A DNA stretch of 35,969 bases from NCBI GenBank assembly GCA_964473425.1, contig CAYYOU010000002.1:1-35969 (forward strand). Direction: 5' to 3'. Position 1 is the stretch's first letter, and every line of letters begins with the position of its first letter. The DNA comes from an uncultured Candidatus Izemoplasmatales bacterium (GTDB lineage Bacteria; Bacillota_I; Bacilli_A; Izemoplasmatales; Izemoplasmataceae). Below are positions 9,513 through 21,433 of the stretch, one piece after another. The notes below the pieces were generated by a model, which made no database searches, was not told the origin of the DNA, and worked only from the letters and a program-made list of their open reading frames with translations. The position numbers and the translations under genes are program-made.

Positions 9513-9899
9513 TTATCCACGAGGTCGTTTTGGTGGACGACATCCATTATGTGGAATTGGTGTTACATCTCTTATAGCTGTAATTTCTAATCCTGCAGTT
9601 TGTAGTGATCTTATTGCTGCTTCACGTCCAGGACCAGGTCCTTTTACTGAAACTTCAACTCTTTGAACACCGTGTTCCATAGCAGCCTTAGCGCAGGCCT
9701 CACCTGACATTTGTGCTGCGAATGGAGTTGATTTACGGCTCCCTTTAAATCCTAAAGCTCCTGCACTGCTCCAAGCAATAGCGTTCCCTGTAGGATCTGT
9801 TATTGTGATTATTGTGTTATTGAAAGTCGAATGAATATGAGCTACTCCTGAAGGAATATTTTTTTTCACACGACGTTTAGTTCTTTGTTTACGTGCCAT
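9513..9899 (-). CDS. rpsK: 30S ribosomal protein S11
   Basis: [18 protein letters not shown] and the C-terminal [13 protein letters not shown] are typical of S11. Confidence 0.96.
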   Translation of the reverse strand: MARKQRTKRRVKKNIPSGVAHIHSTFNNTIITITDPTGNAIAWSSAGALGFKGSRKSTPFAAQMSGEACAKAAMEHGVQRVEVSVKGPGPGREAAIRSLQTAGLEITAIRDVTPIPHNGCRPPKRPRG

Positions 9900-9911
9900 A
9901 TTTTTATCCTC

Positions 9912-10277
9912 CTATTTCTTCTTGTTAGCTATAGTTCTACGTGGACCTTTACGTGTACGAGCATTATTTCTCGTATTTTGTCCACGAGTTGGTAACCCAT
10001 TACGATGACGCATTCCTCTATAACTTCCAATTTCTTGTAATCTTTTAATATTAAGGGAAACTTCTCTACGTAAATCCCCTTCTGTTTTTACATTTGCAAC
10101 TTCAATACGAATACGACCTAACTCATCTTCTGTAAGGTTCTTTACTCGTGTTTCCTCAGAAACTTCTGCAGCTGCTAATATTTTCATCGCTGTTGTCTTC
10201 CCAATACCGAAAACATATGTTAAAGAAATAACTATACGTTTATCTCTAGGAATATCTACACCTGATATACGTGCCAT
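9912..10277 (-). CDS. rpsM: 30S ribosomal protein S13
   Basis: [26 protein letters not shown] is a canonical S13 N-terminus. Confidence 0.96.
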   Translation of the reverse strand: MARISGVDIPRDKRIVISLTYVFGIGKTTAMKILAAAEVSEETRVKNLTEDELGRIRIEVANVKTEGDLRREVSLNIKRLQEIGSYRGMRHRNGLPTRGQNTRNNARTRKGPRRTIANKKK

Positions 10278-10291
10278 ATGTGCACCTCCTA

Positions 10292-10405
10292 TTAACCTTG
10301 TCTTTGTTTATGTTTTGGATTTTCGCAAATAACCATTACTTTACCCTTGCGTTTAACGATTTTGCATTTATCACAAATTTTCTTTACTGATGCTCTTACT
10401 TTCAT
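10292..10405 (-). CDS. rpmJ: 50S ribosomal protein L36 (zinc-ribbon form)
   Basis: Not in the ORF track. My translation gives [37 protein letters not shown] (37 aa), with the CxxC..C..H pattern. It sits between infA and rpsM as expected, with an AGGAGGA SD upstream. Confidence 0.95.
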   Translation of the reverse strand: MKVRASVKKICDKCKIVKRKGKVMVICENPKHKQRQG

Positions 10406-10445
10406 TTTTTAAATCCTCCTTTGGAGTTTTATAAACTTCAAATAT

Positions 10446-10664
10446 TTATTTATGTCTGTATGTTATACGCCCACGTGTTAAATCGTACGGTGATAATTCT
10501 ATCGTAACCTTGTCACCTGGTAGAATGCGAATGTAATACATACGGATTTTACCAGAAACGTGAGCTTTTACTCGATGTCCATTTGGTAGTTCAACTAAGA
10601 ACTGAGTGTTAGGTAACGCTTCAATAACTTTACCTTCCATTTCTAATTTTTCTTCTTTAGCCAT
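10446..10664 (-). CDS. infA: Translation initiation factor IF-1
   Basis: [42 protein letters not shown]... Start trimmed from 10706 to ATG at 10664 (72 aa), which has GGAGGA upstream. Confidence 0.95.
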   Translation of the reverse strand: MAKEEKLEMEGKVIEALPNTQFLVELPNGHRVKAHVSGKIRMYYIRILPGDKVTIELSPYDLTRGRITYRHK

Positions 10665-10677
10665 GCAGATTCCTCCT

Positions 10678-11427
10678 TTAAACCGTCGTGAAGATGATAC
10701 AATCACCCTCTGTAATTAAGATTGAGTGTTCAAAATGAGCACTTAAACTCTTATCTACTGTCACGGTAGTCCAATTATCTTTCAATACTCTTACTTCTTT
10801 CTTACCCATGTTAACCATTGGTTCTATTGCAAATGTCATACCTGCTTTTAGTAAAGTTCCCTTTCCGGGAAGGCCATAATTTGGAATTTGTGGGTCTTCA
10901 TGTAATTGTTTACCAACACCATGCCCAACAAACTCTCTTACAATACTATATCCGAATGATTCCGCATAAGTTTGAATAGCGTGAGAGATATCTGATAATC
11001 TATTTCCTGCTTTTGCTTTCTTCAAGCCTTCAAAAAGTGATTGTTTCGTAACATCAAGTAACTGCTGTGTTGTTTCACTAACTTGTCCTACTGGATAAGA
11101 CCAAGCACTATCTCCGTGGTATCCTTTGTACATTGCTCCAATATCGATACCGATAATGTCACCAGTCTTCAGAACCACCTTTTTACTTGGAATCCCATGG
11201 ACAACTTGTTCATTCACAGAAGTACATGCACTTCCTGGGAATCCACCATAACCTTTAAATGAAGGTATAGCGTTATTTTCTCTAACTACTTGTTCTACAA
11301 TCCTATCTAATTCATATGTTGTTACACCGGGTTTAATATGCTTCTCAACTTCTTGATGAGCAAAACCAACAATTCGTCCTGCTATCTTCATCAATTCAAT
11401 TTCTCTCTTTGATTTAATAGTTACCAT
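10678..11427 (-). CDS. map: Type I methionine aminopeptidase
   Basis: 249 aa. Has metal-ligand regions ([32 protein letters not shown]). Sits in the adk-map-infA position. Confidence 0.95.
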   Translation of the reverse strand: MVTIKSKREIELMKIAGRIVGFAHQEVEKHIKPGVTTYELDRIVEQVVRENNAIPSFKGYGGFPGSACTSVNEQVVHGIPSKKVVLKTGDIIGIDIGAMYKGYHGDSAWSYPVGQVSETTQQLLDVTKQSLFEGLKKAKAGNRLSDISHAIQTYAESFGYSIVREFVGHGVGKQLHEDPQIPNYGLPGKGTLLKAGMTFAIEPMVNMGKKEVRVLKDNWTTVTVDKSLSAHFEHSILITEGDCIIFTTV

Positions 11428-12075
11428 TTATAAATCCTGTAATACTAATTCAATATCAGCATACACCTTATCAAAAGGTTGCATCCCATTAATGTGATAT
11501 AGTATTCCTTGTTTTTCATAGTAATCTAATAGAGGTTTAGTTTTAGACTCATATATTTCTAGACGATTTTTAACTGATTCTAATGTATCGTCTTCTCTTT
11601 GATAAAGTTCTCCACCACATACATCGCAAACTCCATTTACAAAGGGTTTTTTGAATACTAAGTGGTAAGTCGCTCCACAATCTTTACAAACTCGGCGTGC
11701 TTCCATACGTTCAAACAAAACATCATTACTTGATAAAATATTGATAACGGCAGTTAAACTAGTGCCCATTTCATCTAACACCTTATCAAGTGAAACAGCT
11801 TGATTAACTGTTCTTGGATAACCATCTAATAGAAAACTTCTTCCTGCATCTTGTTTTTTTAGTCTAATTCTTACTAGTTCATTAGTGATTTCATCACTAA
11901 CTAGGTTTCCGTTTTTAATAAATTCCATCGCTTTAATTCCAACAGGCTCATTATTCTCGTAAGCTTCTCTAAACATTTGTCCTGTTGAAATACTTGGCAT
12001 GTTATAACTTTCCACTATTTTTGCGGATTGGCTACCTTTCCCTGCTCCAGGAGGGCCCATCACAAGTATTTTCAT
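11428..12075 (-). CDS. adk: Adenylate kinase (Cys4 zinc lid)
   Basis: P-loop GPPGAGKGSQ. The lid carries CKDC...CDVC. Confidence 0.95.
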   Translation of the reverse strand: MKILVMGPPGAGKGSQSAKIVESYNMPSISTGQMFREAYENNEPVGIKAMEFIKNGNLVSDEITNELVRIRLKKQDAGRSFLLDGYPRTVNQAVSLDKVLDEMGTSLTAVINILSSNDVLFERMEARRVCKDCGATYHLVFKKPFVNGVCDVCGGELYQREDDTLESVKNRLEIYESKTKPLLDYYEKQGILYHINGMQPFDKVYADIELVLQDL

Positions 12076-12086
12076 AGCTCAGTCAT

Positions 12087-13406
12087 CTACTTAATGAAAC
12101 CACTATATTTTTGATCTTGCGTTTGTGTTTTAATTTGTTTAGTCGTTTCAATAGCTACCCCAACTACGATTAATAAACTTGTTCCACCTATTTGAACATA
12201 AGAAGGCAGACCGAAGATCATTGATGCGAAGATTGGTAATGAGGCAATTAATACTAAATAACTAGCCCCGATAACTGTAATTTTAAATAATAATCTTGAG
12301 ATATAGTTTTCAGTGTCTATCCCAGGTCTAACACCAGGAACGTAAGCATTTTGATTTTGTAGGTTTTTAGCAATTTTTTCTGGGTTAATTTGTACAAATG
12401 CATAAAAGAATGCAAATACAAATATTAATCCTACATATAAAACATATCCAAGTGGTCTTTGATAACTAAACATTTCAGTTAACCATGTGCCGAGAGTTGA
12501 ATTTGCGACATCTGGTACGAAGTTCATTATCGTTGTTGGAATACTAATCAATGTAACAGCGAAGATTACCGGAATTACACCTGCAGAGTTAATTTTCAAA
12601 GGTATATTTGAATCTTGTCTACCTTGAAATTTTTGTCCTGTAGGTCTGTTTGAATATTGAATCGGAATCTTTCTGCTTGCAGATTGCATAACTGTAACAA
12701 AGAATATAATAAACACATATAGTAACATTACTAATGCAAATATTCCATAACTGCCCAAGTCAGATCCTTCTGCTGTAATATACTCTTCAGTTAAACTTTT
12801 TATCATTCCAGGCATTGTTGATACGATACCAGCAACGATAATCATTGATGTACCATTCCCAATACCTTTATTAGTAATTTGGTCTGATAACCATAGTAAG
12901 AACGCAGTACCTGCAGTCATGATGATTGCAAGATAAGTATACGTTAAGAAAGTAATATCTTCTGGGTTAAGACCAATATCAAAGATGTTGTTGTTAGTTA
13001 ATCTAAATCCATAGGTCATTGCTAGTGCTTGAATAAACGCTAACGCAATTGCTAAGTATCTAGTTAATTGATTAATTTTTTGTTTCCCTACGTCTCCTTC
13101 TTCTTGCCATTCTTTTAATAATGGAACAATGTCCATTTGTAATAATTGAACAACAATTGAAGCTGTGATGTAAGGCCCAATTCCTAAAGCGATGATTGAA
13201 TAGTTTTTAAGAGCATTACCAGTTAATGCATTGGCCATACCAATGATTCCACCATCTGCGTCTTCAAAAAATTGGTTGATTGTTTCTGGATTAATTAGTG
13301 GTATATGAATATAGGTTGCTATTTTATAGACTGCAAATGCAAACAAAGTAAATAAAATCTTTTTCATAACATCCTTGTTTTTAAATACCGAAATTATATG
13401 TTCCAA
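12087..13406 (-). CDS. secY: Preprotein translocase subunit SecY
   Basis: 439 aa polytopic protein between rplO and adk, with typical SecY segments (GIGPYITASIVVQLL, GGTSLLIVVGVAIET). Confidence 0.95.
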   Translation of the reverse strand: MEHIISVFKNKDVMKKILFTLFAFAVYKIATYIHIPLINPETINQFFEDADGGIIGMANALTGNALKNYSIIALGIGPYITASIVVQLLQMDIVPLLKEWQEEGDVGKQKINQLTRYLAIALAFIQALAMTYGFRLTNNNIFDIGLNPEDITFLTYTYLAIIMTAGTAFLLWLSDQITNKGIGNGTSMIIVAGIVSTMPGMIKSLTEEYITAEGSDLGSYGIFALVMLLYVFIIFFVTVMQSASRKIPIQYSNRPTGQKFQGRQDSNIPLKINSAGVIPVIFAVTLISIPTTIMNFVPDVANSTLGTWLTEMFSYQRPLGYVLYVGLIFVFAFFYAFVQINPEKIAKNLQNQNAYVPGVRPGIDTENYISRLLFKITVIGASYLVLIASLPIFASMIFGLPSYVQIGGTSLLIVVGVAIETTKQIKTQTQDQKYSGFIK

Positions 13407-13847
13407 CTAAATCACCTCTACGCTTCCACCAGCTGCTTGGATTTTTTCTACAGCTGTTACTGTAAATTTATGAGCTTGAATAGTTAATTTAACATCAAGA
13501 TTTCCATTTCCTAAGATTTTCAATCCTGATTCAATTTTAGTGATTAATCTGTCATTAAGTAATACTGTTGGAGTAATTACTGATCCATCAGCATATCTGT
13601 TTAGTTCGCTAACATTTACAGTAGCGTAATCTTTTCTATTTACGTTGTTGAATCCTCTTTTTTTAAGTCTTTTGAAATATGGAGTTTGTCCACCTTCAAA
13701 ACCTAAACGAGTACTTCCACCTGAACGTGAATTTTGTCCTTTGTGTCCTGATCCTGCAGTTTTACCTGTTCCACTACCAGTTCCTCTACCTACTCTTTTT
13801 TTAGAATGTGTAGCACCTTGGTTTGGTTTTAAGTTTTGTAATTGCAT
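13407..13847 (-). CDS. rplO: 50S ribosomal protein L15
   Basis: [32 protein letters not shown]. Start trimmed to ATG at 13847, because the GTG at 13856 lies inside the GGAGGTG SD. Confidence 0.94.
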   Translation of the reverse strand: MQLQNLKPNQGATHSKKRVGRGTGSGTGKTAGSGHKGQNSRSGGSTRLGFEGGQTPYFKRLKKRGFNNVNRKDYATVNVSELNRYADGSVITPTVLLNDRLITKIESGLKILGNGNLDVKLTIQAHKFTVTAVEKIQAAGGSVEVI

Positions 13848-13859
13848 GTCTGGCACCTC

Positions 13860-14042
13860 CTACTTCTCTGTTACTTCAACTAAATGTGAGATAACGTTAA
13901 TCATCCCTCTAATAGTTTCTGTGTCTTTTTTTATTACTGTTTTATGTAATCTTGTAAGTCCTAATGCATCGGCAGTTTTTCTTTGATTTGGTTTTGAAGC
14001 TATTAAGCTTCTTAATAAAGTGATGTGTAGTTCTTTAGCCAT
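13860..14042 (-). CDS. rpmD: 50S ribosomal protein L30
   Basis: 60 aa, [29 protein letters not shown]. Sits between rpsE and rplO. Confidence 0.94.
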   Translation of the reverse strand: MAKELHITLLRSLIASKPNQRKTADALGLTRLHKTVIKKDTETIRGMINVISHLVEVTEK

Positions 14043-14560
14043 TAGTTTAAAATCTCCTCTACAGTTAATCCGCGAGTACGAGCTACTTGTTCAGCAGTTC
14101 TAAGATTACCAATTCCATTAAACACAGCACGAACGATATTAATTGGTGTAGCTGATCCGATAGATTTACTTAAAATATCTTCGTATCCTGCTAACTCAAT
14201 TACCGCGCGCACTGGCCCACCAGCTATAACTCCTGTCCCACTAACTGCGGGTTTCAAGAATACTTCTCCTGCTCCAAATTTACCAGTAATTTCATGAGGT
14301 ATTGTTTTGCCATACATAGGTACTTTTATTAAATTTCTTTTTGCAGCTTCGATTGCTTTTTTAATTGCATCTGGTACTTCTTGGGCTTTCCCTGTTCCAA
14401 ATCCAACTTTACCTTTTTTATCACCAATTACTACTAAAGCACTGAAACGGAAGCGACGTCCACCTTTTACAACTTTAGTAACACGGTTAATATTAACTAC
14501 TCTCTCTTCGTAAAGTTTTTCTTCTCTTTTACGACGAGGTTTTCTTCTATCGTTTGCCAT
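14042..14560 (-). CDS. rpsE: 30S ribosomal protein S5
   Basis: [27 protein letters not shown] is the S5 dsRBD signature. Confidence 0.96.
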   Translation of the reverse strand: MANDRRKPRRKREEKLYEERVVNINRVTKVVKGGRRFRFSALVVIGDKKGKVGFGTGKAQEVPDAIKKAIEAAKRNLIKVPMYGKTIPHEITGKFGAGEVFLKPAVSGTGVIAGGPVRAVIELAGYEDILSKSIGSATPINIVRAVFNGIGNLRTAEQVARTRGLTVEEILN

Positions 14561-14575
14561 TGACGTACCTCCTTA

Positions 14576-14938
14576 TTAGAATTCTAATCCTGCAGCACGT
14601 GCAGCATCAGCCAATTCTTTGACTCTACCATGGTAAAGGTAACCACTTCTGTCAAATATTATAGTTTTTACTTCTAATTTTATAGCTCTCTTTGCAATAA
14701 GAGTTCCTATTGCTTTTGCAGCTTCTTTGTTTCCACCATTCTCAATTTTACTATCTTTTTCAATAGTTGATGCGCTTGCTAAAGTAACTCCGTTTATATC
14801 ATCAATAAGTTGAGCTGAAATGTTTTTAGATGAACGAAAAACACTTAAACGTGGTCTTACTGGTGTTCCAACTAGAGATTGTCTAATTCTTAGATGTCTT
14901 TTTTGGCGCAATTTATTTCTAGATTTTTTATTAATCAT
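14576..14938 (-). CDS. rplR: 50S ribosomal protein L18
   Basis: [19 protein letters not shown] and the C-terminal [19 protein letters not shown]. Confidence 0.96.
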   Translation of the reverse strand: MINKKSRNKLRQKRHLRIRQSLVGTPVRPRLSVFRSSKNISAQLIDDINGVTLASASTIEKDSKIENGGNKEAAKAIGTLIAKRAIKLEVKTIIFDRSGYLYHGRVKELADAARAAGLEF

Positions 14939-14954
14939 ATAAGTTCACTCCTAA

Positions 14955-15494
14955 CTACTTTTTGGCAGTTTTTCCTTCTTTTCTACGTACATATTCATCT
15001 ACATAGCGGATTCCTTTTCCTAAATAAGGTTCAGGTGGACGAACCCCTCTAATATTTGCTGAAAATTCACCAACTAATTGTTTGTCAATTCCCGAAACGT
15101 TAATTAACGTATTCTTAGGAAGTTCAACTGATAATCCTTCTGGAATATCAAACTTCACTGGATGAGAATATCCTGCACTAATTACAAGTTGTTCCTCTTG
15201 CATAATAGCACGATACCCAACACCAATCATTTTCAGTTTTTTTGTGTATCCTGTAGAAACACCCACAACCATATTATTAATAATAGCTCTAGTAGTTCCA
15301 TGGATTGATTTGTCTTCTTTTGAATCAGACGGTCTCTCAATTACGATTTCTGATTCTTTTAACGTTAGTTTCATAGTTGATCTAAACGTAAATTCTAATG
15401 ATCCTTTTGGTCCTTTAACAGTTATAGTTTGACCAACAACCGTTGCAGTTACACCTTGAGGTAGTGTAATTGGCATTTTCCCAATTCGACTCAT
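14955..15494 (-). CDS. rplF: 50S ribosomal protein L6
   Basis: MSRIGKMPITLPQGV...GYSHPV... Confidence 0.96.
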   Translation of the reverse strand: MSRIGKMPITLPQGVTATVVGQTITVKGPKGSLEFTFRSTMKLTLKESEIVIERPSDSKEDKSIHGTTRAIINNMVVGVSTGYTKKLKMIGVGYRAIMQEEQLVISAGYSHPVKFDIPEGLSVELPKNTLINVSGIDKQLVGEFSANIRGVRPPEPYLGKGIRYVDEYVRRKEGKTAKK

Positions 15495-15519
15495 TTATTA
15501 CACCTCCTGATTTTAATTT

Positions 15520-15915
15520 TTACCATACGTAAGCTAAGATTTCCCCGCCAACTTTTTGTTTGCGAGCTTCACGGTCTGTCATTACTCCGTTTGAAGTAGA
15601 AATCACAGCTATTCCTAAACCATTTAATACTTTAGGAATTTCACTATTTTTTGCATAAACTCTAAGCCCTGGCTTAGAAATTCTTTTTAATCCTTTTATA
15701 ACTCTATCTGTTTGCATGTATTTTAACGTTACACGTAAAGTATCTTGAACGCTACCTTTAACAATTTGCACGTGAGTGATATAACCTTCTTTTTTTAACA
15801 ATTCTAAAACTTCTTTTTTAAGTTTAGATGCAGGCATATCAACCTTTTCGTGTTTCATTTGGTTTGCGTTTCTAATACGAGTTAACATATCTGCGATAGG
15901 ATCTGTCATTACCAT
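15520..15915 (-). CDS. rpsH: 30S ribosomal protein S8
   Basis: [17 protein letters not shown]. Start trimmed from 15936, because the upstream codons encode the GGAGG SD. Confidence 0.95.
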   Translation of the reverse strand: MVMTDPIADMLTRIRNANQMKHEKVDMPASKLKKEVLELLKKEGYITHVQIVKGSVQDTLRVTLKYMQTDRVIKGLKRISKPGLRVYAKNSEIPKVLNGLGIAVISTSNGVMTDREARKQKVGGEILAYVW

Positions 15916-15955
15916 ATTATAAATGCCTCCTTCCAATTATCTTGGAATATTTTTT

Positions 15956-16141
15956 TTACCAACTTGCTTTTCTAACTCCTGGTATTTGTCCTTTGTAAGC
16001 TAGTTCACGGAAACAAATACGACATAATTTGAATTTTTTGTAAACTGCATGTGGTCTTCCACAGCGTTCACAACGAGTGTATTCTCTAGAAGAGAATTTA
16101 GACCCACGTTGTTGTTTTACAACCATTGCTCTTTTAGCCAT
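15956..16141 (-). CDS. rpsN: 30S ribosomal protein S14, type Z (zinc-binding, 61 aa)
   Basis: Has the CERCGRPH...CRIC motif pair and the short 61-aa form. Confidence 0.95.
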   Translation of the reverse strand: MAKRAMVVKQQRGSKFSSREYTRCERCGRPHAVYKKFKLCRICFRELAYKGQIPGVRKASW

Positions 16142-16152
16142 AGTTAGCCTCC

Positions 16153-16692
16153 TTATTTTTTAAACGGCATACCTAGTTGAGTTAATAATTCTAAACCTTC
16201 TAGATCTGTTTTTGCCGTAGTTACTATTACAATATCCATTCCTCTAACTCTATTAACTTTATCGTAGTTAATTTCTGGGAATATTAATTGTTCTTTTACA
16301 CCTAATGTGTAATTTCCTCTACCATCAAATGCTTTTTTAGAAACTCCTTGGAAGTCTCTAACACGTGGTAATGCGATTGAAACTAATTTATCTAAGAACT
16401 GATACATTCTTTCTCCTCGCAATGTAACTTTACAACCAATTGGCATTCCTTCTCTTAATTTGAAGTTCGCAATTGACTTTTTAGCACGTGTAATAACAGG
16501 TTTTTGTCCAGTTATAACTGTCATTTCGTTTACTGCATCATCTAATACTTTGGTGTTAGTGATTGCATCACCAACTCCCATATTGATAACTATCTTATCT
16601 ACTATAGGTGATTGCATTATCGAAGTATAATTAAACTTTTCTACAAGTGATGTACGTATACTATTATTGTATTTTTCTTGTAAGCGATTCAT
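16153..16692 (-). CDS. rplE: 50S ribosomal protein L5
   Basis: [10 protein letters not shown]... Start trimmed to ATG at 16692, which lies 9 nt after AGGAGA. The track start at 16698 is a TTG too close to the SD. Confidence 0.95.
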   Translation of the reverse strand: MNRLQEKYNNSIRTSLVEKFNYTSIMQSPIVDKIVINMGVGDAITNTKVLDDAVNEMTVITGQKPVITRAKKSIANFKLREGMPIGCKVTLRGERMYQFLDKLVSIALPRVRDFQGVSKKAFDGRGNYTLGVKEQLIFPEINYDKVNRVRGMDIVIVTTAKTDLEGLELLTQLGMPFKK

Positions 16693-16713
16693 ATGCAAAA
16701 GTCTCCTTTCTGA

Positions 16714-17043
16714 TTAGTCTAAAACCTCACCAGATTTTTTAGAATATCTTACTTTTCTTGTTACTTCTTTTTTCTTAATTGTTTCAGTAACTACTTTGTA
16801 TCCTACTCTTGTAGTTCCTGTTTTCTTTTCTGAAATCATTACGTTTGAAATTTGGAATGGTGCTTCAAATTCCTGAATTCCACCGTCAGGGTTATTTTGC
16901 GTAGGTTTAGCATGTTTCTTAATTATGTTTACCCCTTCGACAATTACCTTGTTAAGCTTTGGATAAACTTTTAATACTTTTCCTTCTTTACCAAGGTTTT
17001 TACCGCTAATTACTTTAACAGTGTCTCCTTTTTTAATCTTCAT
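16714..17043 (-). CDS. rplX: 50S ribosomal protein L24
   Basis: [26 protein letters not shown] is the KOW motif. Confidence 0.95.
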   Translation of the reverse strand: MKIKKGDTVKVISGKNLGKEGKVLKVYPKLNKVIVEGVNIIKKHAKPTQNNPDGGIQEFEAPFQISNVMISEKKTGTTRVGYKVVTETIKKKEVTRKVRYSKKSGEVLD

Positions 17044-17058
17044 ATTATACCTCCTACC

Positions 17059-17427
17059 CTAAATTACTTCTGGAGCAAGTGAGACTATTTTCATGTATCC
17101 TGCCTCACGTAACTCTCTTGCTACTGGTCCGAAAATACGAGTACCACGAGGGGACTTATCTTCACGAAGTATTACAGCAGCGTTATCATCAAATTTGATG
17201 TATGAACCGTCTTTACGACGAACTTCTTTTTTTGTTCTAACTATTACAGCTCTAACAATTTCTCCTTTTTTGACGCCTCCGCCTGGAGTTGCATGTTTAA
17301 CTGTACATACGATAACATCACCGATGCTAGCGTATTTACGTCTAGTTCCTCCTAAAACCTTAATTGTTAAGACTTCACGAGCTCCAGAATTGTCTGCTAC
17401 TTTTAATCTTGATTCTTGTTGAATCAT
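17059..17427 (-). CDS. rplN: 50S ribosomal protein L14
   Basis: [19 protein letters not shown]. Confidence 0.97.
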   Translation of the reverse strand: MIQQESRLKVADNSGAREVLTIKVLGGTRRKYASIGDVIVCTVKHATPGGGVKKGEIVRAVIVRTKKEVRRKDGSYIKFDDNAAVILREDKSPRGTRIFGPVARELREAGYMKIVSLAPEVI

Positions 17428-17455
17428 ATTAAGAACCTCCTTCTTTAAGCTCTCC

Positions 17456-17716
17456 TTAAATAACTACTTTAGTATCCGTTATTTCTAATAAACGGAATCT
17501 TTTTGTTTTTGATAATGGACGAGTTTCCGCGATCTTAACTACATCACCGATTTTTGCTAAATTTAATTCATCATGAACAGCAAATTTCTTAGACTGTTTA
17601 ACACGTTTTCCATATAAACGATGTTTTCTATAAGATTCCACCATTACTGAAATTGTTTTATCAGTTTTATCTGATACTACTGTACCAGTTAGTACTCTTC
17701 TACTATTACGTTCCAT
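17456..17716 (-). CDS. rpsQ: 30S ribosomal protein S17
   Basis: [22 protein letters not shown]. Confidence 0.96.
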   Translation of the reverse strand: MERNSRRVLTGTVVSDKTDKTISVMVESYRKHRLYGKRVKQSKKFAVHDELNLAKIGDVVKIAETRPLSKTKRFRLLEITDTKVVI

Positions 17717-17733
17717 AAGTTTCTCCTCTCGCC

Positions 17734-17922
17734 TTACTCTGTACGTTCGTTAAGAACAGTCTTCATACGAGCGATAGCTTTTTTTACTTTTCCAATGCGA
17801 GCTGTATTTTCTAATTGTCCAGTTGCTTGTTGGAAACGAAGATCAAATAGTTCTTTTTTAAGATCTACAATTTCTAAATTAATTTTCGCAGTGTCCCATT
17901 CTCTAATTTCATTAGCTTGCAC
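17734..17922 (-). CDS. rpmC: 50S ribosomal protein L29
   Basis: (V/M)QANEIREW...[16 protein letters not shown]. The start is ambiguous: three in-frame GTGs at 17934, 17931 and 17922. I prefer 17922, which matches the usual L29 N-terminus length and has a GGTGA SD-like element 5 nt upstream. Confidence 0.88.
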   Translation of the reverse strand: MQANEIREWDTAKINLEIVDLKKELFDLRFQQATGQLENTARIGKVKKAIARMKTVLNERTE

Positions 17923-18340
17923 TAGAATCACCACTTTCTTTTTTGATTACTCTTGTTTTAATTGGAAGTTTGTGCGCTGCAAGTCTCAAAGCTTCTCTTG
18001 CGATTTCTTCTGACACTCCACCGATTTCAAACATAATTACATTTTCTTTTACAACTGCTACGAATCCGTCTGGAGAACCTTTCCCAGATCCCATTCTAAC
18101 TTCTAAAGGTTTAGAAGTTTTAGCCATGTGAGGGAAAACTCTTATCCATACTTTTCCTTGACGTTTCATATATCTAGTCATTGCAATACGAGCAGCTTCT
18201 ATCTGGCGGTTAGTAATCCAAGCACCAGTTCCAGCAGCTAGTCCGAAATCTCCGAAACTAATTGTTGTTCCACCTTTTGCAACTCCTTCATATGAAACTC
18301 GATGAGGGCGTCTATATTTTGTTCTTTTTGGTGTTAACAT
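17912..18340 (-). CDS. rplP: 50S ribosomal protein L16
   Basis: [14 protein letters not shown]. Start trimmed from 18379 to ATG at 18340, which has a GAGGAGGGA SD upstream. Confidence 0.95.
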   Translation of the reverse strand: MLTPKRTKYRRPHRVSYEGVAKGGTTISFGDFGLAAGTGAWITNRQIEAARIAMTRYMKRQGKVWIRVFPHMAKTSKPLEVRMGSGKGSPDGFVAVVKENVIMFEIGGVSEEIAREALRLAAHKLPIKTRVIKKESGDSSAS

Positions 18341-18992
18341 TATTAGTCCCTCCTCTTTTTTTAGCAGGTAGGATTTCACCTTTGTAAATCCATACTTTAA
18401 TTCCTAATTTACCGTATGTAGTTGTTGCTTCTGCAGCAGCGTAATCGATATCAGCACGTAATGTATGTAATGGAACATTCCCATCGCTGTATCCTTCACT
18501 TCTTGCCATTTCAGCTCCACCTAAACGTCCTGAAACTAAAGTTTTACATCCTCTAGCTCCTGCTCTCATAGCTCTTTGAATAGCCATTTTTTGAACACGT
18601 CTAAATGATGCTCTGTTTTCTAATTGTTGAGCCATAGAAGCAGCTACTAATTGAGCATCAACTTCTGGTCTTTTAATTTCTTTAACATTAAGAAAAACGT
18701 CTTTACCTGTTAATTTTTTTAATTTAGCAACAACAGCATTTTTGACACTACCTTCACGACCAATAACCATTCCTGGTTTAGCTGTGTTAACAGTGATAAT
18801 AACTCTGTTTTTACTTCTTTCAATTTCAATTCTAGAAACTGATGAATTCACATATAATTCTTCTAATAGAGCGCGAACTCTTAAGTCTTCATGCAATAAA
18901 TCAGCAACATCATTCTTATCTGCATACCAACGAGAATCCCAATCTCTAATAATTCCAACTCGTAGTCCAACAGGACTTACTTTTTGACCCAT
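18312..18992 (-). CDS. rpsC: 30S ribosomal protein S3
   Basis: [24 protein letters not shown]. Its basic C-terminal tail runs 29 nt into rplP. Confidence 0.96.
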   Translation of the reverse strand: MGQKVSPVGLRVGIIRDWDSRWYADKNDVADLLHEDLRVRALLEELYVNSSVSRIEIERSKNRVIITVNTAKPGMVIGREGSVKNAVVAKLKKLTGKDVFLNVKEIKRPEVDAQLVAASMAQQLENRASFRRVQKMAIQRAMRAGARGCKTLVSGRLGGAEMARSEGYSDGNVPLHTLRADIDYAAAEATTTYGKLGIKVWIYKGEILPAKKRGGTNNVNTKKNKI

Positions 18993-19005
18993 GTGATTCC
19001 CTCCT

Positions 19006-19344
19006 TTACTCTTTCTCAGCCACTACAACTGTAGTATGGCTAGTTCTTTTCAAGATTTGAGAAGCTCTACCTTGAGCTCTCGGTCTAAATCTCTTAAGTG
19101 TAGGACCTTCTCCTACAAAAATTTCTTTAACATATAGCTTTTCAACATCCATATTAAAGTTGTGTTCTGCATTAGCAACTGCTGATTTTAAGATCTTTTC
19201 AACAACTGGCGATGCAGCTCTTGGAGTTAATCTTAGTATCGCAAATGCTTCTCCGATATCTTTACCTCTAATTAAATCGATAACTAGTTTTACTTTACGA
19301 GAAGATATGCGTACCATTTTTGCTTGTGCTCTAGATTCCATCAT
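19006..19344 (-). CDS. rplV: 50S ribosomal protein L22
   Basis: [18 protein letters not shown]. The start could be either of the two adjacent ATGs. Confidence 0.95.
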   Translation of the reverse strand: MMESRAQAKMVRISSRKVKLVIDLIRGKDIGEAFAILRLTPRAASPVVEKILKSAVANAEHNFNMDVEKLYVKEIFVGEGPTLKRFRPRAQGRASQILKRTSHTTVVVAEKE

Positions 19345-19351
19345 AAATCCT

Positions 19352-19633
19352 CTACTTTCTTTTAGCTTTCTTATCGTTTTTTTCGTGTCCTTTAACTGAT
19401 CTTGTAGGAGCGAACTCTCCTAGTTTATGACCAACCATATCTTCTTGTACATAAACAGGGATATGCTCTTTCCCGTTATATACTGCGATAGTGTGACCTA
19501 CAAACTGTGGAAAAATAGTTGATCTACGTGACCATGTTTGAATAACCTTTTTCTTTTTTGATGCATTCAATACTTCAATTTTCTTCATTAAGTGATTGTC
19601 ACAGAATGGACCTTTTTTTATTGAACGTGCCAT
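19352..19633 (-). CDS. rpsS: 30S ribosomal protein S19
   Basis: [10 protein letters not shown]...[17 protein letters not shown]. Confidence 0.97.
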   Translation of the reverse strand: MARSIKKGPFCDNHLMKKIEVLNASKKKKVIQTWSRRSTIFPQFVGHTIAVYNGKEHIPVYVQEDMVGHKLGEFAPTRSVKGHEKNDKKAKRK

Positions 19634-19650
19634 GTTTGAGTTCCTCCTCT

Positions 19651-20478
19651 CTATTTCTTACGTCTAACAATTAATCTATTGCTAGCTTTATTTCTTGATC
19701 TTGTTTTCAATCCAAGTGCTGGTTTACCCCAAGGCGTAACTGGATTCTTACGACCGATTGGTTGACGTCCTTCTCCACCACCATGAGGGTGGTCTACAGG
19801 ATTCATAACACTACCTCTTACAGTAGGTCTGATTCCTTTATGACGATTTCTACCGGCTTTACCGATATTTACTAATTCATGGAATTCGTTTCCAACTTCA
19901 CCAATAGTTGCACGACATACTCCTAGAATTCTTCTTACTTCTCCACTCGTTAATCTAACTAGTACGTATTTTGTTTCACGTCCTAAGATTTGAGCGCTTG
20001 TTCCTGCAGAGCGAACTAATTGTCCACCTTTTCCAGGATATAATTCAATATTATGAATTACTGTACCAACAGGGATACTCATAAGTGGTAACGCATTACC
20101 AATTTTAATATCTGCCTTTGGTCCTGATTCAATAAACATTCCTACTTTTAATCCTTTAGGGGCAATAATATATTTTTTCTCCCCATCAGCATAAAATATT
20201 AAAGCAATATTAGCTGAGCGGTTAGGATCATATTCGATAGTAGCTACTTTACCAGGGATAACGTCTTTATTTCTTTTAAAGTCGATGAGACGGTATTGTC
20301 TTTTAGCTCCACCACCATGATGGCGAACCGTGATTTTACCTTGGCTATTACGACCAGACTTTTTGTTTAGTTTTGTTAACAAAGATTTTTCAGGTTTATC
20401 TGTAGTAATCTCTGCGTAATCTAATTTAGTCATGTGTCTTAAACCGGGTGTCGTCGGCTTGTATTTAATTAAAGCCAT
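19651..20478 (-). CDS. rplB: 50S ribosomal protein L2
   Basis: 275 aa, with [16 protein letters not shown] and [14 protein letters not shown]. Confidence 0.97.
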   Translation of the reverse strand: MALIKYKPTTPGLRHMTKLDYAEITTDKPEKSLLTKLNKKSGRNSQGKITVRHHGGGAKRQYRLIDFKRNKDVIPGKVATIEYDPNRSANIALIFYADGEKKYIIAPKGLKVGMFIESGPKADIKIGNALPLMSIPVGTVIHNIELYPGKGGQLVRSAGTSAQILGRETKYVLVRLTSGEVRRILGVCRATIGEVGNEFHELVNIGKAGRNRHKGIRPTVRGSVMNPVDHPHGGGEGRQPIGRKNPVTPWGKPALGLKTRSRNKASNRLIVRRKK

Positions 20479-20500
20479 AATGATAACCTCCTTTTATTTA

Positions 20501-20785
20501 CTATACTTCAAACATTTCAATCTTGTCGCCTTCAGCTAATTTAACCATAGCTTTTGTAACGGCAGGTTTGAAACCTGAATGTTGTCCTACTCTTTTCATT
20601 TTTGGAGTAGAATTTATTGTATTAACCTTTATTACTTTTACTTTAAACAATTCCTCAATCGCTCTAGCGATTTGAATTTTATTAGCTCTTTTGTCAACAC
20701 TGAATGTATATTTGTTTTCTTTTTCAACTAATACCATTGATTTTTCAGTAATGATAGGGCGTATGATAATTTCTGATGCTAACAT
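20501..20785 (-). CDS. rplW: 50S ribosomal protein L23
   Basis: 94 aa, [10 protein letters not shown]..., between rplD and rplB. Confidence 0.95.
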   Translation of the reverse strand: MLASEIIIRPIITEKSMVLVEKENKYTFSVDKRANKIQIARAIEELFKVKVIKVNTINSTPKMKRVGQHSGFKPAVTKAMVKLAEGDKIEMFEV

Positions 20786-21408
20786 TATCCAAGCACCTCC
20801 TCATATAATTTAACAGCGTCAACTGTTATTACTACTGTATGGTAATTCATTATTTCATATACAGAAGCATGGCTAACTGTTGTTACAGTTACGCCTGGAA
20901 TATTTCTTGCAGATAAAGCAACTGCCTCGTTATTTTCAGATAAAACAATCATAATTTTACCACTAACGTTTAAGTTGTTTAATACTTCAACCATTCCTTT
21001 TGTTTGAACTGATTCTAAAGTTAAGCTATCTAGTACTTTGAAGCTGTCATCTTTAACTTTTAAAGATAAAACAGTTTTAAGTGCTAAACGACGAACTTTT
21101 TTGTTAACTTTAAATGAGTAATCTCTTGGAGTTGGACCAAAAACAACTCCTCCGCCGACCCAAAGTGGTGATCTTGTAGATCCACTTCTAGCGCGTCCGG
21201 TTCCTTTTTGTTTCCAAGGTTTACGTCCACCACCGCGTACTTCCCCGCGACTTTTTGCTTTATGTGTACCTTGACGCATAGCAGCTCTTTGAGCTTTAAC
21301 TACGTCGTACAAAACTTGTTGGTTTGGCTCAACTGCGAAAACTGAATCTAATAATTCAACTTTTCCTATGTCTTGCCCTGCTTGATTCAACAATGCAACT
21401 TTTGGCAT
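20785..21408 (-). CDS. rplD: 50S ribosomal protein L4
   Basis: [34 protein letters not shown]. Confidence 0.96.
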   Translation of the reverse strand: MPKVALLNQAGQDIGKVELLDSVFAVEPNQQVLYDVVKAQRAAMRQGTHKAKSRGEVRGGGRKPWKQKGTGRARSGSTRSPLWVGGGVVFGPTPRDYSFKVNKKVRRLALKTVLSLKVKDDSFKVLDSLTLESVQTKGMVEVLNNLNVSGKIMIVLSENNEAVALSARNIPGVTVTTVSHASVYEIMNYHTVVITVDAVKLYEEVLG

Positions 21409-21433
21409 TTTAAATCCTCCTTTCAGATAATAA

